From the NCBI GenBank assembly GCA_040384865.1, contig JAZKIM010000008.1:3301-47319 (forward strand): 44,019 nucleotides of DNA. Reading direction: 5' to 3'. This DNA is from Patescibacteria group bacterium (GTDB lineage Bacteria > Patescibacteriota > Minisyncoccia > Phycocordibacterales > CAIZLB01). A program made the translations under genes and the position numbers. The notes under the pieces are model-generated. The model saw only the letters and a list, made by a program, of their open reading frames with translations. It ran no database searches and was not told the origin of the DNA. Below are positions 17,897-26,661 of this stretch, piece by piece; within the stretch, counting starts at the first letter, position 1; every line of letters starts with the position of its first letter.

Positions 17897-18361
17897 CTAC
17901 TGATCTACTAGACCACCAATATAACTTGCTTCGTAAATACACTGTTCGTTTCTGAAGATTCTCTCGGTTCCAGAGAAGTTATCTACATCACCTACAAGGT
18001 TGTTTTCATATTTCAACTCACCTTTTTCAAACAACACCGGACCGCGATATGGCATATCAACTGTTGTATTCGAGAGCGATTCCATAAGAAAACCATACAC
18101 TTCCTTGTTCGCTCCTTCGTGGACAAGGCCGTAGTAGACCATCATCCAGAGAGGTTTGTCATTCAAAAAGACAACCTCGCGACCACCATATGGTTCACCG
18201 CCAAAATAGTTATCGTGATACTTATACGCACCGCTTTCGTACTCAATAGTAGTAGAACCGTCAGGCTGCTTTTTCTTTATTGAATCGTCACCCGATGCAT
18301 AAGTGGCCTGGCTAGCTTCAAAAATAAAGTTCTTTAAGGCGGTTTTATCAAAAATGCTCAT
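17897..18361 (-). CDS. DUF5680-like protein
   Basis: YHDNYFGGEPYGGREVV, PYRGP, YIGG. Confidence 0.75.
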   Translation of the reverse strand: MSIFDKTALKNFIFEASQATYASGDDSIKKKQPDGSTTIEYESGAYKYHDNYFGGEPYGGREVVFLNDKPLWMMVYYGLVHEGANKEVYGFLMESLSNTTVDMPYRGPVLFEKGELKYENNLVGDVDNFSGTERIFRNEQCIYEASYIGGLVDQ

Positions 18362-18532
18362 ACGAATGATTATAGCTTGGTTCAAGCTTTCTAGGTATCC
18401 GGGTCACTCCGGTACTTTTTATTTAATACGGGCATCGTAAGTTCAGTACCAGAGTGGTGGAGCACTGTGAGGTATGTGGGTCAGGGCTAATAATCTAGCT
18501 AATTCCATTAAAACTGGTAAATTGGTAGTGCT

Positions 18533-19723
18533 ATGAGGCTTTTACCAAAAATAATCGAAGATCCCATTGATTTGCTTATGTACACAGAACGGTATATGTG
18601 CACAAAGGATTACCACGCTCTTGCTGATTATAGTGAAGTTTCAAAAGAATATGTTCCTCAGAAAATTGGAAACGGGTTTGAATTACCTTTGTTCAAATTT
18701 CCAATAAATTTGTACGGTGATATTGATTCAATACCTAGTATTTTAAAGGAATATTTTCCGATACATCCTGACACAATCACAGATTTAAAACTAAAAAAGG
18801 AGGATGCAATACAAAACATTAATGTTTTACCAACATCTTCTATGAGAACTGTTCTGGCTAAAATAGAGAATCGAGATATTTTCATTAAACTTAGTATCAA
18901 TAGGTATATAGCGCGTTCGAAAAGGAAATTAACGTCAAAACAAATTAAACACGGATTAGCAGTAACGCTTGATATCAAAGATACACTATCGGAGAAACCC
19001 TCCCAACTTCAAGATTTTGCCTTTTTACCAGAAGTGGCAGGGATGACAATTGCTATAAATGAGGAGGAGATTGGAACTGTGATACGAGAAACTAAGCCTT
19101 ATCCAAAAAGCAAAGCCAATAAAGGATATATTCCATTTTTTGCCCTGTATTCTACAGACATACACAACTCTTCCGATGAACCATTACTTGCTCAGCTCTT
19201 AAAACAGAACAACGCTGATCCTTTGGATTTTACGCTTGAAAAGATAATCGAACCAGTCATTAGGCATTTTAATTATTTTGCTTCTGAAAGAGGGCTTCTA
19301 TTGCAGGCACATGCTCAGAATACATTATTGGAAATTGATTCAGATTTCAAAATCGGAAGAATAATTTATCGTGATTTTGGAGGCACAACAATTGATGGAG
19401 AAGTACGCGCAAACAAAGGACTTTCACGATTTGAAAACTATTCTATTGATAATCAAAATACAGATAGGGTCGATTCAGTCATAGAGTACAGCTTAAGATA
19501 TGATGAATTTATGGCCGCCCACTCATTTGAACTATTAGGGAAAATTCTTGAAAAATATTTTAAATTAGACTTACGAATCTTTAAAGAAAGGATAAAAAAG
19601 ATATTTTCTGACACAGTAACCTGTAAAGATAAATTTCCTAAAGTACAATACTCAATACCAGTAGAATTGTCTGTAGGGAAATTTAAACCATTTATATTAA
19701 AAGAGGTTCCAGATTATAGATAG
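18533..19723 (+). CDS. IucA/IucC-like (NRPS-independent siderophore synthetase family) protein
   Basis: PIHP, PTSSMRTV, FIKLS, AHAQNTLL, YRDFGG. Confidence 0.8.
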   Translation: MRLLPKIIEDPIDLLMYTERYMCTKDYHALADYSEVSKEYVPQKIGNGFELPLFKFPINLYGDIDSIPSILKEYFPIHPDTITDLKLKKEDAIQNINVLPTSSMRTVLAKIENRDIFIKLSINRYIARSKRKLTSKQIKHGLAVTLDIKDTLSEKPSQLQDFAFLPEVAGMTIAINEEEIGTVIRETKPYPKSKANKGYIPFFALYSTDIHNSSDEPLLAQLLKQNNADPLDFTLEKIIEPVIRHFNYFASERGLLLQAHAQNTLLEIDSDFKIGRIIYRDFGGTTIDGEVRANKGLSRFENYSIDNQNTDRVDSVIEYSLRYDEFMAAHSFELLGKILEKYFKLDLRIFKERIKKIFSDTVTCKDKFPKVQYSIPVELSVGKFKPFILKEVPDYR

Positions 19724-19860
19724 GTAAATGGGTCGCCCCACAATCATAAGCCTGTGGGTCATGCCGATACTAAAATTTCTTGATATCCTCATAAAATTTG
19801 TCTGCCTCAGGGTTCCTGTCTATAAATTTTTGATTTCCTTTGATAATTACTGTCGTAAGA

Positions 19861-20964
19861 TTATTCATGTTGTCTCTTAATTAAAATTATTTCCATACCA
19901 GGTTCCCACCACGTTTCAAGCTCACCTTCACTAAGATTATCCATTCTGTCTTTTTTATCGACCGTATCGCCAATATTATATAAAAAAGCCTTTATTTCAT
20001 CTTTACCTTTTTGATTAAGATGTGCAATAGAGCCGGCAAAAAGAAAATTATACAAATAGTCAGAGGAGCCTACCTCTAGATAATCACGACCAAATAAGAT
20101 GCCCGCATTCTTTCGTTGTGGATTGGCTTTGAACCATAGGTGACATTCGGCACCTGGGATAAGATAATCACGACTATACTTTTGAGCTATATATTCCAAT
20201 ACTTCGAATATTCTTTTTCCGTGCATTTCAGGTAATTTAACAACAAGAAATTCTGCTTTTTCAAAATCAAAATCAATCATTTCCGGATTTAATATGAGGG
20301 TATTCACAGGGAGAGATGCTGGATCTTTGACATAGGCCTCATAGTCCACATCGCGGGGATTTATGAGAAGAGGATCACTCATTTCAATTCCTGATTCAGG
20401 ATATTTGACATTGATCCATTCCTGAGAGAACTTCCTGGCTTTCAAGAAAACTTGTTCATGAATATCGAATTCCTCTAGTTTTAGAATTATCTCATTCGCT
20501 CGGCTGACATAATCTTTTGCCACGATTTCATCGAGGGTTGCCCAATTTTTCAAATGACCGAAGGTGTCTTTGAGTGCGAACCAGAGATCGCTGAATTCCC
20601 TCTTCTTTTCTTCCGAAAGATTGGATAAGTAGATTTCAGAGCCTCTCTCCTGGCACGAGGAAAGAATCTCTACTATTAGAAGTTTTAGTTTAGTTATCTC
20701 CCCTTCCTCCTGCTCTATTTGTTCTCTTATTTTTAATCTTATTTCGCTTGGCTCTTTTGATAAAGCTTCGATCTCAGCTTCGAAAGCTTCTTTCTCCCCG
20801 GCCTCATCTTTTATCAATTTCTTTATTTCTTCGATTTTTCCTTTAATTGCCGGATTTGTCATGACCACCCCATAAATATGATCTTTTCTAAATTGGTCAA
20901 AGGAGGTAAAAGCCAATGGGTCAGGGCCATTCTCAGATCGGGGAGTAAAGTTGGATTCATTCAC
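19861..20964 (-). CDS. Hypothetical Glu/Lys-rich protein with N-terminal coiled coil
   Basis: 367-aa ORF, GTG start. Confidence 0.7.
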   Translation of the reverse strand: MNESNFTPRSENGPDPLAFTSFDQFRKDHIYGVVMTNPAIKGKIEEIKKLIKDEAGEKEAFEAEIEALSKEPSEIRLKIREQIEQEEGEITKLKLLIVEILSSCQERGSEIYLSNLSEEKKREFSDLWFALKDTFGHLKNWATLDEIVAKDYVSRANEIILKLEEFDIHEQVFLKARKFSQEWINVKYPESGIEMSDPLLINPRDVDYEAYVKDPASLPVNTLILNPEMIDFDFEKAEFLVVKLPEMHGKRIFEVLEYIAQKYSRDYLIPGAECHLWFKANPQRKNAGILFGRDYLEVGSSDYLYNFLFAGSIAHLNQKGKDEIKAFLYNIGDTVDKKDRMDNLSEGELETWWEPGMEIILIKRQHE

Positions 20965-21104
20965 GGTGTAATTATTTTACTATGAATTTTAAGTCGGAGC
21001 TAATAGCCCAGATATGTATTAATTACAAGCCAAAAGCCTATTTATTATTCTAATTCCACTATTTCGATTTTCGGGTCGGGGTTTGGTTGAGGCAAAATAG
21101 GCAG

Positions 21105-21128
21105 GTTTCTTGAGCTAGCTCAAGAAAC
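21105..21128. repeat. Perfect 24-bp palindrome
   Basis: gtttcttgagct|agctcaagaaac. Confidence 0.9.
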
Positions 21129-21143
21129 TTCGTTACGACCCAC

Positions 21144-21225
21144 GTCGAGCTATCTGTCAATGGCGGAGGCTTTCGCGTTAGAACTTTTGGTGGCATTGCC
21201 CCGTAAGGTCCGTTTGGTGATTTTT
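21144..21225. repeat. att-like direct repeat copy A
   Basis: 60/82 ungapped identity to 22909-22990; includes a tRNA-3'-end-like GTTC..CTCCGCCA on the minus strand. Confidence 0.75.
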
Positions 21226-21426
21226 ATGATGCCACGCCGACATATCTCGAGCAAAGTAAATGAAACAAGATGAGACACAAAAACGTTATGTTTGAATATC
21301 TCATTTTCTAAAAGCCCAAAAACTGAATTTGTTGTAAGATATAGTTCTTTTTGGAAAAAAGTGACAAAAGTTACAGTATTTGACGGTGTAACGTTACAGT
21401 TGAGTGTCACTTTTTCATCAAATTAA

Positions 21427-21960
21427 CTAGTCTATTGAAAATCCTATTTTATTCTTCGGCTTCTCTTCTTCACTTAATATTGCCCTAAGTACCCTGAATA
21501 TCTCCTTAAAGTTAGTTTCGTTATTCTTTTCCATTTCCTCTACTTTTTCGCGAAGTTCTTTATAGTTATCAATCATCTCTCGAAGTTTTGTGAAAACCCT
21601 GATAATTTGGATATTTACCGATATAGCTCTATCGCTGTTTAAGATACTTGAAAGCATTGCGATACCTTGTTCGGTAAAAGCTAAGGGAGCATATTTTACA
21701 TTACTACCGCTCCCTCGTTTCAAGGTCGCAATTTGCGACCTTGAAAACATCTCAATTTCCTGCTTATTCAACTGAAACATAAAATCGTCAGGAAATCTTT
21801 TTATATTTCTTTTAACTGCTTCGTTCAGTCTTTTTGTAGGGACACCATATAACATGGCTAAATCCTTATCAAACATTATTTTCTTGCCCCTAATAATATA
21901 AATCTTTTCCTTTATAATATCTGTACTCAAGGGTGCTTCAGCAATACTATTTTCTTCCAT
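21427..21960 (-). CDS. ORF6N domain DNA-binding protein
   Basis: DLAMLYGV, NEAVKRNIKRFPDDFMFQL, AFTEQGIAMLSSILNS, C-terminal KIGF. Confidence 0.9.
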   Translation of the reverse strand: MEENSIAEAPLSTDIIKEKIYIIRGKKIMFDKDLAMLYGVPTKRLNEAVKRNIKRFPDDFMFQLNKQEIEMFSRSQIATLKRGSGSNVKYAPLAFTEQGIAMLSSILNSDRAISVNIQIIRVFTKLREMIDNYKELREKVEEMEKNNETNFKEIFRVLRAILSEEEKPKNKIGFSID

Positions 21961-22125
21961 AGTTATTATGGTAACAGTTTGGGGATGAAGGGAAGTTAAA
22001 GAAATTCTAAAGTTTTTTACAATGCTCAACAGGACTATGCGACGAATCGGTTGTTTTGCATAGCTATTTTAGCATCTTTTTGGATTTCAAATCGACGCGT
22101 CTCGAGCGATAAAAATCATCTACTT

Positions 22126-22836
22126 TTATTTAGTTTCGTCAACTGACTTTTTAAACCCCTCAAGATCTTTATTTGACCCTAAAACATGAATTTGCTCTTT
22201 AGAAAATACAGCCACATTTGTACTGCCCCTCTCTGTGATTTTAATTGAATCGTATTTCTGAGATATAAAATCAACTACCCTATCTGTTTCAATAATTCGC
22301 CAAGATCCATTTCTTAGTCTCCACATATAATGGTCTACGAAGTCACTTTGCGAAGGATTTTGAATAAGCTCATTACCATTAAAAATCGAAGGTGAACTAT
22401 TATTAAAATCCATAGTTGGGGATTTATATCCTTCACTTACTAGCTGTGTGATTATTTCTCTGATTTCCTCAATATGTTCTGGATTAGTAAAGTCAAAAGG
22501 ATTTTTAGCATTAAGAAGCTGTTCCTGAACGCTTCCGTTCCTAACGTCATCAAAAGCGAACTGCTTGGCAAAATCTAAATTGTCGGTAAAGAAAACTGCT
22601 TTTGCAAAATTACTTTTTGAAAAATCAAAAGATCCAATTTTTTCTTTTAATGCAGTGCCATGATATACAATATCTCTAATCTTACTTTCAGGAAAAATAC
22701 TTTCTAGATAAGCTGCATATTGTTCTTTTGTTCCGATCGCTGCAAGTTCTGGATTCTGATTAAATACATGATCAACTCCTTCTTTTAAAGCAGGTCTTTT
22801 GGGTTCAATAGGATCGGTTTGAGAAAAGCCTTCCAT
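22126..22836 (-). CDS. Putative ADP-ribosyltransferase-like protein (ART-PolyVal-like)
   Basis: VYHGT, VFFT, LNAKNPF, AVF..EQI pattern. Confidence 0.55.
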   Translation of the reverse strand: MEGFSQTDPIEPKRPALKEGVDHVFNQNPELAAIGTKEQYAAYLESIFPESKIRDIVYHGTALKEKIGSFDFSKSNFAKAVFFTDNLDFAKQFAFDDVRNGSVQEQLLNAKNPFDFTNPEHIEEIREIITQLVSEGYKSPTMDFNNSSPSIFNGNELIQNPSQSDFVDHYMWRLRNGSWRIIETDRVVDFISQKYDSIKITERGSTNVAVFSKEQIHVLGSNKDLEGFKKSVDETK

Positions 22837-22908
22837 ATTTCTTTATTATATCGCTTTTCGTTAGATTCCGTAGCTATGCAAGTCTATCGATCTATTGCCC
22901 TGACGCAT

Positions 22909-22990
22909 GTCGAGCTAGCTGTCAATGGCGGGGCGTCTCGAGTTAGAACCTTTCTCGGTTAGGGCCTGTAAGGTTAGTTTAGCATTTTTT
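22909..22990. repeat. att-like direct repeat copy B
   Basis: Matches 21144-21225 and the tRNA-Ser 3' junction at 23641-23662. Confidence 0.75.
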
Positions 22991-23036
22991 CTAAATAGGT
23001 GTCGACGCGTGTCGAGTGATGTAAAAATAGTTTACG

Positions 23037-23585
23037 TTAGATTTCCTTAAGCGAACGTAAGATGTTTTGAAATACCGCTTTGATTTCCGAGTTGCTCGCG
23101 TCTTCTCCATTAGAGATAACAGCTGTAATGGAATAGGGAACACTCTCTTTACTTGCAACCATTCTGAAACTCTGCCCGCTTTGTAAATATCTGATCTTAT
23201 ATCCCGCAAAATTCTCTGACGGGGCATAGCTGGACCAATCGTCTCCAAATCCAGCAGGGACGTCAGAAATAAAAAATGTAACAATTCCGTTTGAAATCTC
23301 AAGTTGCTCGTAATCTGAACCAGGCCACGAATCCTTTACTGAATATCCTGAAGGATATTGAAATTCAATCAAATCATCTCTATATAAGTTAGTTGATGTG
23401 GAAGAGACGAGTGGCGATTGTTTAACTGATTTATCTAATATATTTTGAGAAACAGCAACTTTAGAAACATATTTAGCTTCTTGATATTGAGTGCCAATAT
23501 AAAAAGTAAGGATAGGTAAAATAAGAATAAAAAATATCAACGAAGCCCATTTCGAGTACCAGGTATATTCATTCCATTTGATCAT
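23037..23585 (-). CDS. Hypothetical membrane-anchored protein
   Basis: N-terminal TWYSK...TM...FYIGTQY anchor, then a soluble domain. Confidence 0.75.
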   Translation of the reverse strand: MIKWNEYTWYSKWASLIFFILILPILTFYIGTQYQEAKYVSKVAVSQNILDKSVKQSPLVSSTSTNLYRDDLIEFQYPSGYSVKDSWPGSDYEQLEISNGIVTFFISDVPAGFGDDWSSYAPSENFAGYKIRYLQSGQSFRMVASKESVPYSITAVISNGEDASNSEIKAVFQNILRSLKEI

Positions 23586-23656
23586 GTGACAATTGTATCA
23601 GAATTTACTTTAAACACTGAGCTCGAGACACATACGCGTCTCGAGCTAGCAGTTTT

Positions 23657-23746
23657 TGGCGGAGAGAAAGGGATTCGAACCCTTGATACCGTTTCCAGCA
23701 TACGTCCTTTCCAGGGACGCCCATTCGACCGCTCTGGCATCTCTCC
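23657..23746 (-). tRNA. tRNA-Ser(GGA)
   Basis: 90-nt cloverleaf, anticodon loop CT-GGA-AA, long variable arm, GTTCGAATC, encoded CCA. Confidence 0.97.
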
Positions 23747-23769
23747 AATTTTAATTTTGAGTTAACAAC

Positions 23770-24204
23770 TTAATCCTCTTTCGCATCTTGTCCTTCAACT
23801 TTTATATCAGTTGAATCGACATATGTTCCTTCTGAACGAGCAATTATTTCATTTCCAATGGCGTACAACTTATCAGCAGCGATCTTAAGTTCTTCCGGCA
23901 CGTCATGCTGCTTTGCTGGATATTTATCAAAAATATTTTTCACATCTTTTTCAACAAATTCTTTGAATTTCAATTTTATTATTCTGTAATCGGCTTCGCT
24001 TATCTGTTTGTCAAAGTCATACATTTGATCCAATTCTCCACTATAAATATGTACACGAGTCGTCAAACAAGCACCCCATGTAATGTTGCCCCCATGTCTC
24101 GTGTGCTCCACAAGTATTCGCTCAAGCGGCGGCCACTGCATTTCTTCAAGAAGATACTCCTTACTGGTCTTTTGTCCTTCTTTCACTACAGCAGCTTCAT
24201 TCAT
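23770..24204 (-). CDS. Hypothetical protein
   Basis: 144-aa ORF with TGnTATAAT 7 nt upstream of the ATG. Confidence 0.7.
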   Translation of the reverse strand: MNEAAVVKEGQKTSKEYLLEEMQWPPLERILVEHTRHGGNITWGACLTTRVHIYSGELDQMYDFDKQISEADYRIIKLKFKEFVEKDVKNIFDKYPAKQHDVPEELKIAADKLYAIGNEIIARSEGTYVDSTDIKVEGQDAKED

Positions 24205-24222
24205 AGAAGTAATTATATCAGA

Positions 24223-25128
24223 CTATCTGTATTTATCGCCCAACAACGCCTTAATTCTCTCTTCAACTGGAGGATGGGTCAAAAACAAGCGCGAAACTCC
24301 CTTCATAGCTCTCGCACCAAAAGGATTCGAAATATATAGATGGGCGGTGGCATTAGAGGCATGAGCAAGAGGTGCTTCATATGAAGAAATTCTTTTTAGC
24401 GCACTTGCAAGTCCTTCTGGATATCGCGTAATGAGAGCGCCCGTAGCATCAGCCAAGAATTCTCGACGTCGTGAAATGGCAAGCTGAATAATGGTCGCAA
24501 TGATAGGCGAAAGGACAATGAATACGATACCGATGATCGCCATAATTCCTCCCGCTTTATTATCACTATCTCTGTTTCCTCCCCATATTGCTGAACGTAA
24601 GAATATATCAGCAAGGATAGAGATGAAACCAACGAGCACCACGACAACGGTTGAGAGGAGAATATCCTTATTACCAATATGTGCCATTTCATGTGCCAGT
24701 ACCCCCTCAAGTTCTGACCGGCTAAGCATACTCAACAAGCCTGAGGTAACAGCAATTGCCGCATGATCCTTATTACGACCTGTGGCAAAGGCATTCGGTG
24801 CAGGGTCACTGATGATATATACACGAGGGGCTGGAAGACCTGCAGCAATGGAGAGGTTCTCAACTAGACGCTTTAGTTCAAGATGCTCTGCATTATGTTC
24901 TGGGTCGATCGGCTTCGCTCGGGAAACCGCCAAAGCAATTTTATCCGCAAACCAGTAGCTACTAATATTCATCACAACACTAAAAACTACGGCAATGTAG
25001 ATGATTGACGGATCACCGTAATACTGTGAAGCAAAATACCCAAGAGCCATTACCACAGCAAGAAATGTTGCCATGAGAAGATATGTCTTGGAAATATTTG
25101 AAGACTGCTGAGTATAGAGTGTCGTCAT
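24223..25128 (-). CDS. htpX: Zinc metalloprotease HtpX (M48)
   Basis: PNAFATG, AHEMAH, SRRREFLAD, THPPVEERI. Confidence 0.95.
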   Translation of the reverse strand: MTTLYTQQSSNISKTYLLMATFLAVVMALGYFASQYYGDPSIIYIAVVFSVVMNISSYWFADKIALAVSRAKPIDPEHNAEHLELKRLVENLSIAAGLPAPRVYIISDPAPNAFATGRNKDHAAIAVTSGLLSMLSRSELEGVLAHEMAHIGNKDILLSTVVVVLVGFISILADIFLRSAIWGGNRDSDNKAGGIMAIIGIVFIVLSPIIATIIQLAISRRREFLADATGALITRYPEGLASALKRISSYEAPLAHASNATAHLYISNPFGARAMKGVSRLFLTHPPVEERIKALLGDKYR

Positions 25129-25146
25129 ATTAGGTATGCGTTACCT

Positions 25147-25713
25147 TTAAAACTTCACTTCGACAGGGTTCTGTGCTGCATCATTGTCCGCAATATCAAA
25201 GAGTGACATTGGGACAAAGTTGAATGACTTAGCAATAACGTTTGATGGAAATGACTCAATCGATATATTTAGATCACGAACTGTGCCGTTATAGAACCGG
25301 CGAGAAGCTTGAATTTTATTCTCCGTATCTGAAAGTTCACGCTGGAGTTCAAGAAAGTTTGTATTAGCCTTCAAGTCTGGATATGCCTCAGCAATGGCAA
25401 AAAGTGACTTCAATGTACCTGATAATTCCCCTTCCGCCTTTGCCTGAGCGTCAATACTACCACCTGATGATGCACCGATAGCTGCCGCACGAGCTGCTGT
25501 TACCTTTTCAAAAGCTGTTGATTCGTGTGTTGCATAGCCCTTAACGGTAGCAACCAAGTTTGGAATGAGATCATATCGTCGCTTGAGTTGAACCTCAATG
25601 TCTGCCCAAGCCTCCTTAGCCTGATTGACTAAACGAACGAGACGGTTATACGAACCGACGATCCATAAGATTATGATGGCAAGTATAATGACAATGATTA
25701 TTGTAGGGGTCAT
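25147..25713 (-). CDS. lemA: LemA family protein
   Basis: QLKRRYDLIPNLV, EAYPDLKAN, ENKIQASRRFYN. Confidence 0.96.
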   Translation of the reverse strand: MTPTIIIVIILAIIILWIVGSYNRLVRLVNQAKEAWADIEVQLKRRYDLIPNLVATVKGYATHESTAFEKVTAARAAAIGASSGGSIDAQAKAEGELSGTLKSLFAIAEAYPDLKANTNFLELQRELSDTENKIQASRRFYNGTVRDLNISIESFPSNVIAKSFNFVPMSLFDIADNDAAQNPVEVKF

Positions 25714-25876
25714 GATTGTATTTTGTTATGGTTGTTGACCAGTATTATACCATATAGATTAAGGTCAATATTTTCATCTCTGTACAAAAACATATTCTCG
25801 TTGTACTCTTAAATTCGGAACAGGGTACGGAACCCCTGAACAAACAACCACAACAAACTCCTGCCCCTTACAAACA

Positions 25877-26251
25877 ATGAACTACCTACTCTGGCTTAAA
25901 ATCGCCAGCGGCATCGTCGTACTAATCAGCGTCAACACCCTTCTTTGCGGATGGGCGCGTCACTCAACTCGAAAGTTCAAGGCATTCAACTGGCTCATGG
26001 ACCACAGGCCTATTTGTTGGCTCCATAGCTTCGGCCCCGACAACGAACGACTTGAGGAAATTTCGGAACCCAACCTCCTAAACCCCGATGAAACAGGCGT
26101 CGGAAGAGAACTGACCCTCATTTTTTTCGAAGTAATCGGCATACTGGTTGGCCTCTCCTTGGTTATCCCCATCATGTGGCCCGCAATCCTCTGGGGCTTC
26201 CTCATCGAGCCAAAATCTCCACCCCTCACCACGTCAGAAATGATGAGGTAG
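25877..26251 (+). CDS. Hypothetical membrane protein
   Basis: 124-aa ORF, two hydrophobic segments, followed by a terminator. Confidence 0.6.
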   Translation: MNYLLWLKIASGIVVLISVNTLLCGWARHSTRKFKAFNWLMDHRPICWLHSFGPDNERLEEISEPNLLNPDETGVGRELTLIFFEVIGILVGLSLVIPIMWPAILWGFLIEPKSPPLTTSEMMR

Positions 26252-26262
26252 TTCCCCACAAG

Positions 26263-26316
26263 TGACCCCGCCCCACTCACAGTATTTCAGAAACTGTGTA
26301 GAGGGCGGGGTCTTTT
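26263..26316 (+). terminator. Intrinsic terminator
   Basis: gaccccgccc...gggcggggtc followed by tttt. Confidence 0.7.
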
Positions 26317-26359
26317 CATTTCTGGACAATTTGAATCAATATGCTAGTATCATTAGGCA

Positions 26360-26590
26360 ATGACAGCAATTTCAGCCTTTCTCCCCTACATCCAGATCGG
26401 CCTTGCCGTACTTCTTACGGTAGCGGTGTTACTCCAGCAGTCCGACGCAAACGCCGGTGGCGCTTTTGGTGCCAGCGACTCAGTCTCTACTTGGAGGACA
26501 CGCCGTGGTTTTGAGAAGTTCCTCTTTACCGCCACTATTGTATTGGCAATACTATTCGTCATTTCTGCTGTCTTGGCGCTCCAGGCTTAA
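26360..26590 (+). CDS. secG: Preprotein translocase subunit SecG
   Basis: VLLQQ..AGGAFG...TRRGFEKFLF, two TM helices. Confidence 0.9.
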   Translation: MTAISAFLPYIQIGLAVLLTVAVLLQQSDANAGGAFGASDSVSTWRTRRGFEKFLFTATIVLAILFVISAVLALQA

Positions 26591-26661
26591 ATTGATATAC
26601 TTGGACGCATAGGCAGTATTCTCAGATAGTCTATTTATTTCGACCTTCACTTCTAACTTTC

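Noticed and set aside
21150-21410. 86-aa ORF
   Set aside because: Runs through the palindrome and att-like repeat region; likely spurious.
21144-23662. Repeats as a CRISPR array
   Set aside because: Few, degenerate, spaced 0.7-1.8 kb apart with genes between them; no cas genes.
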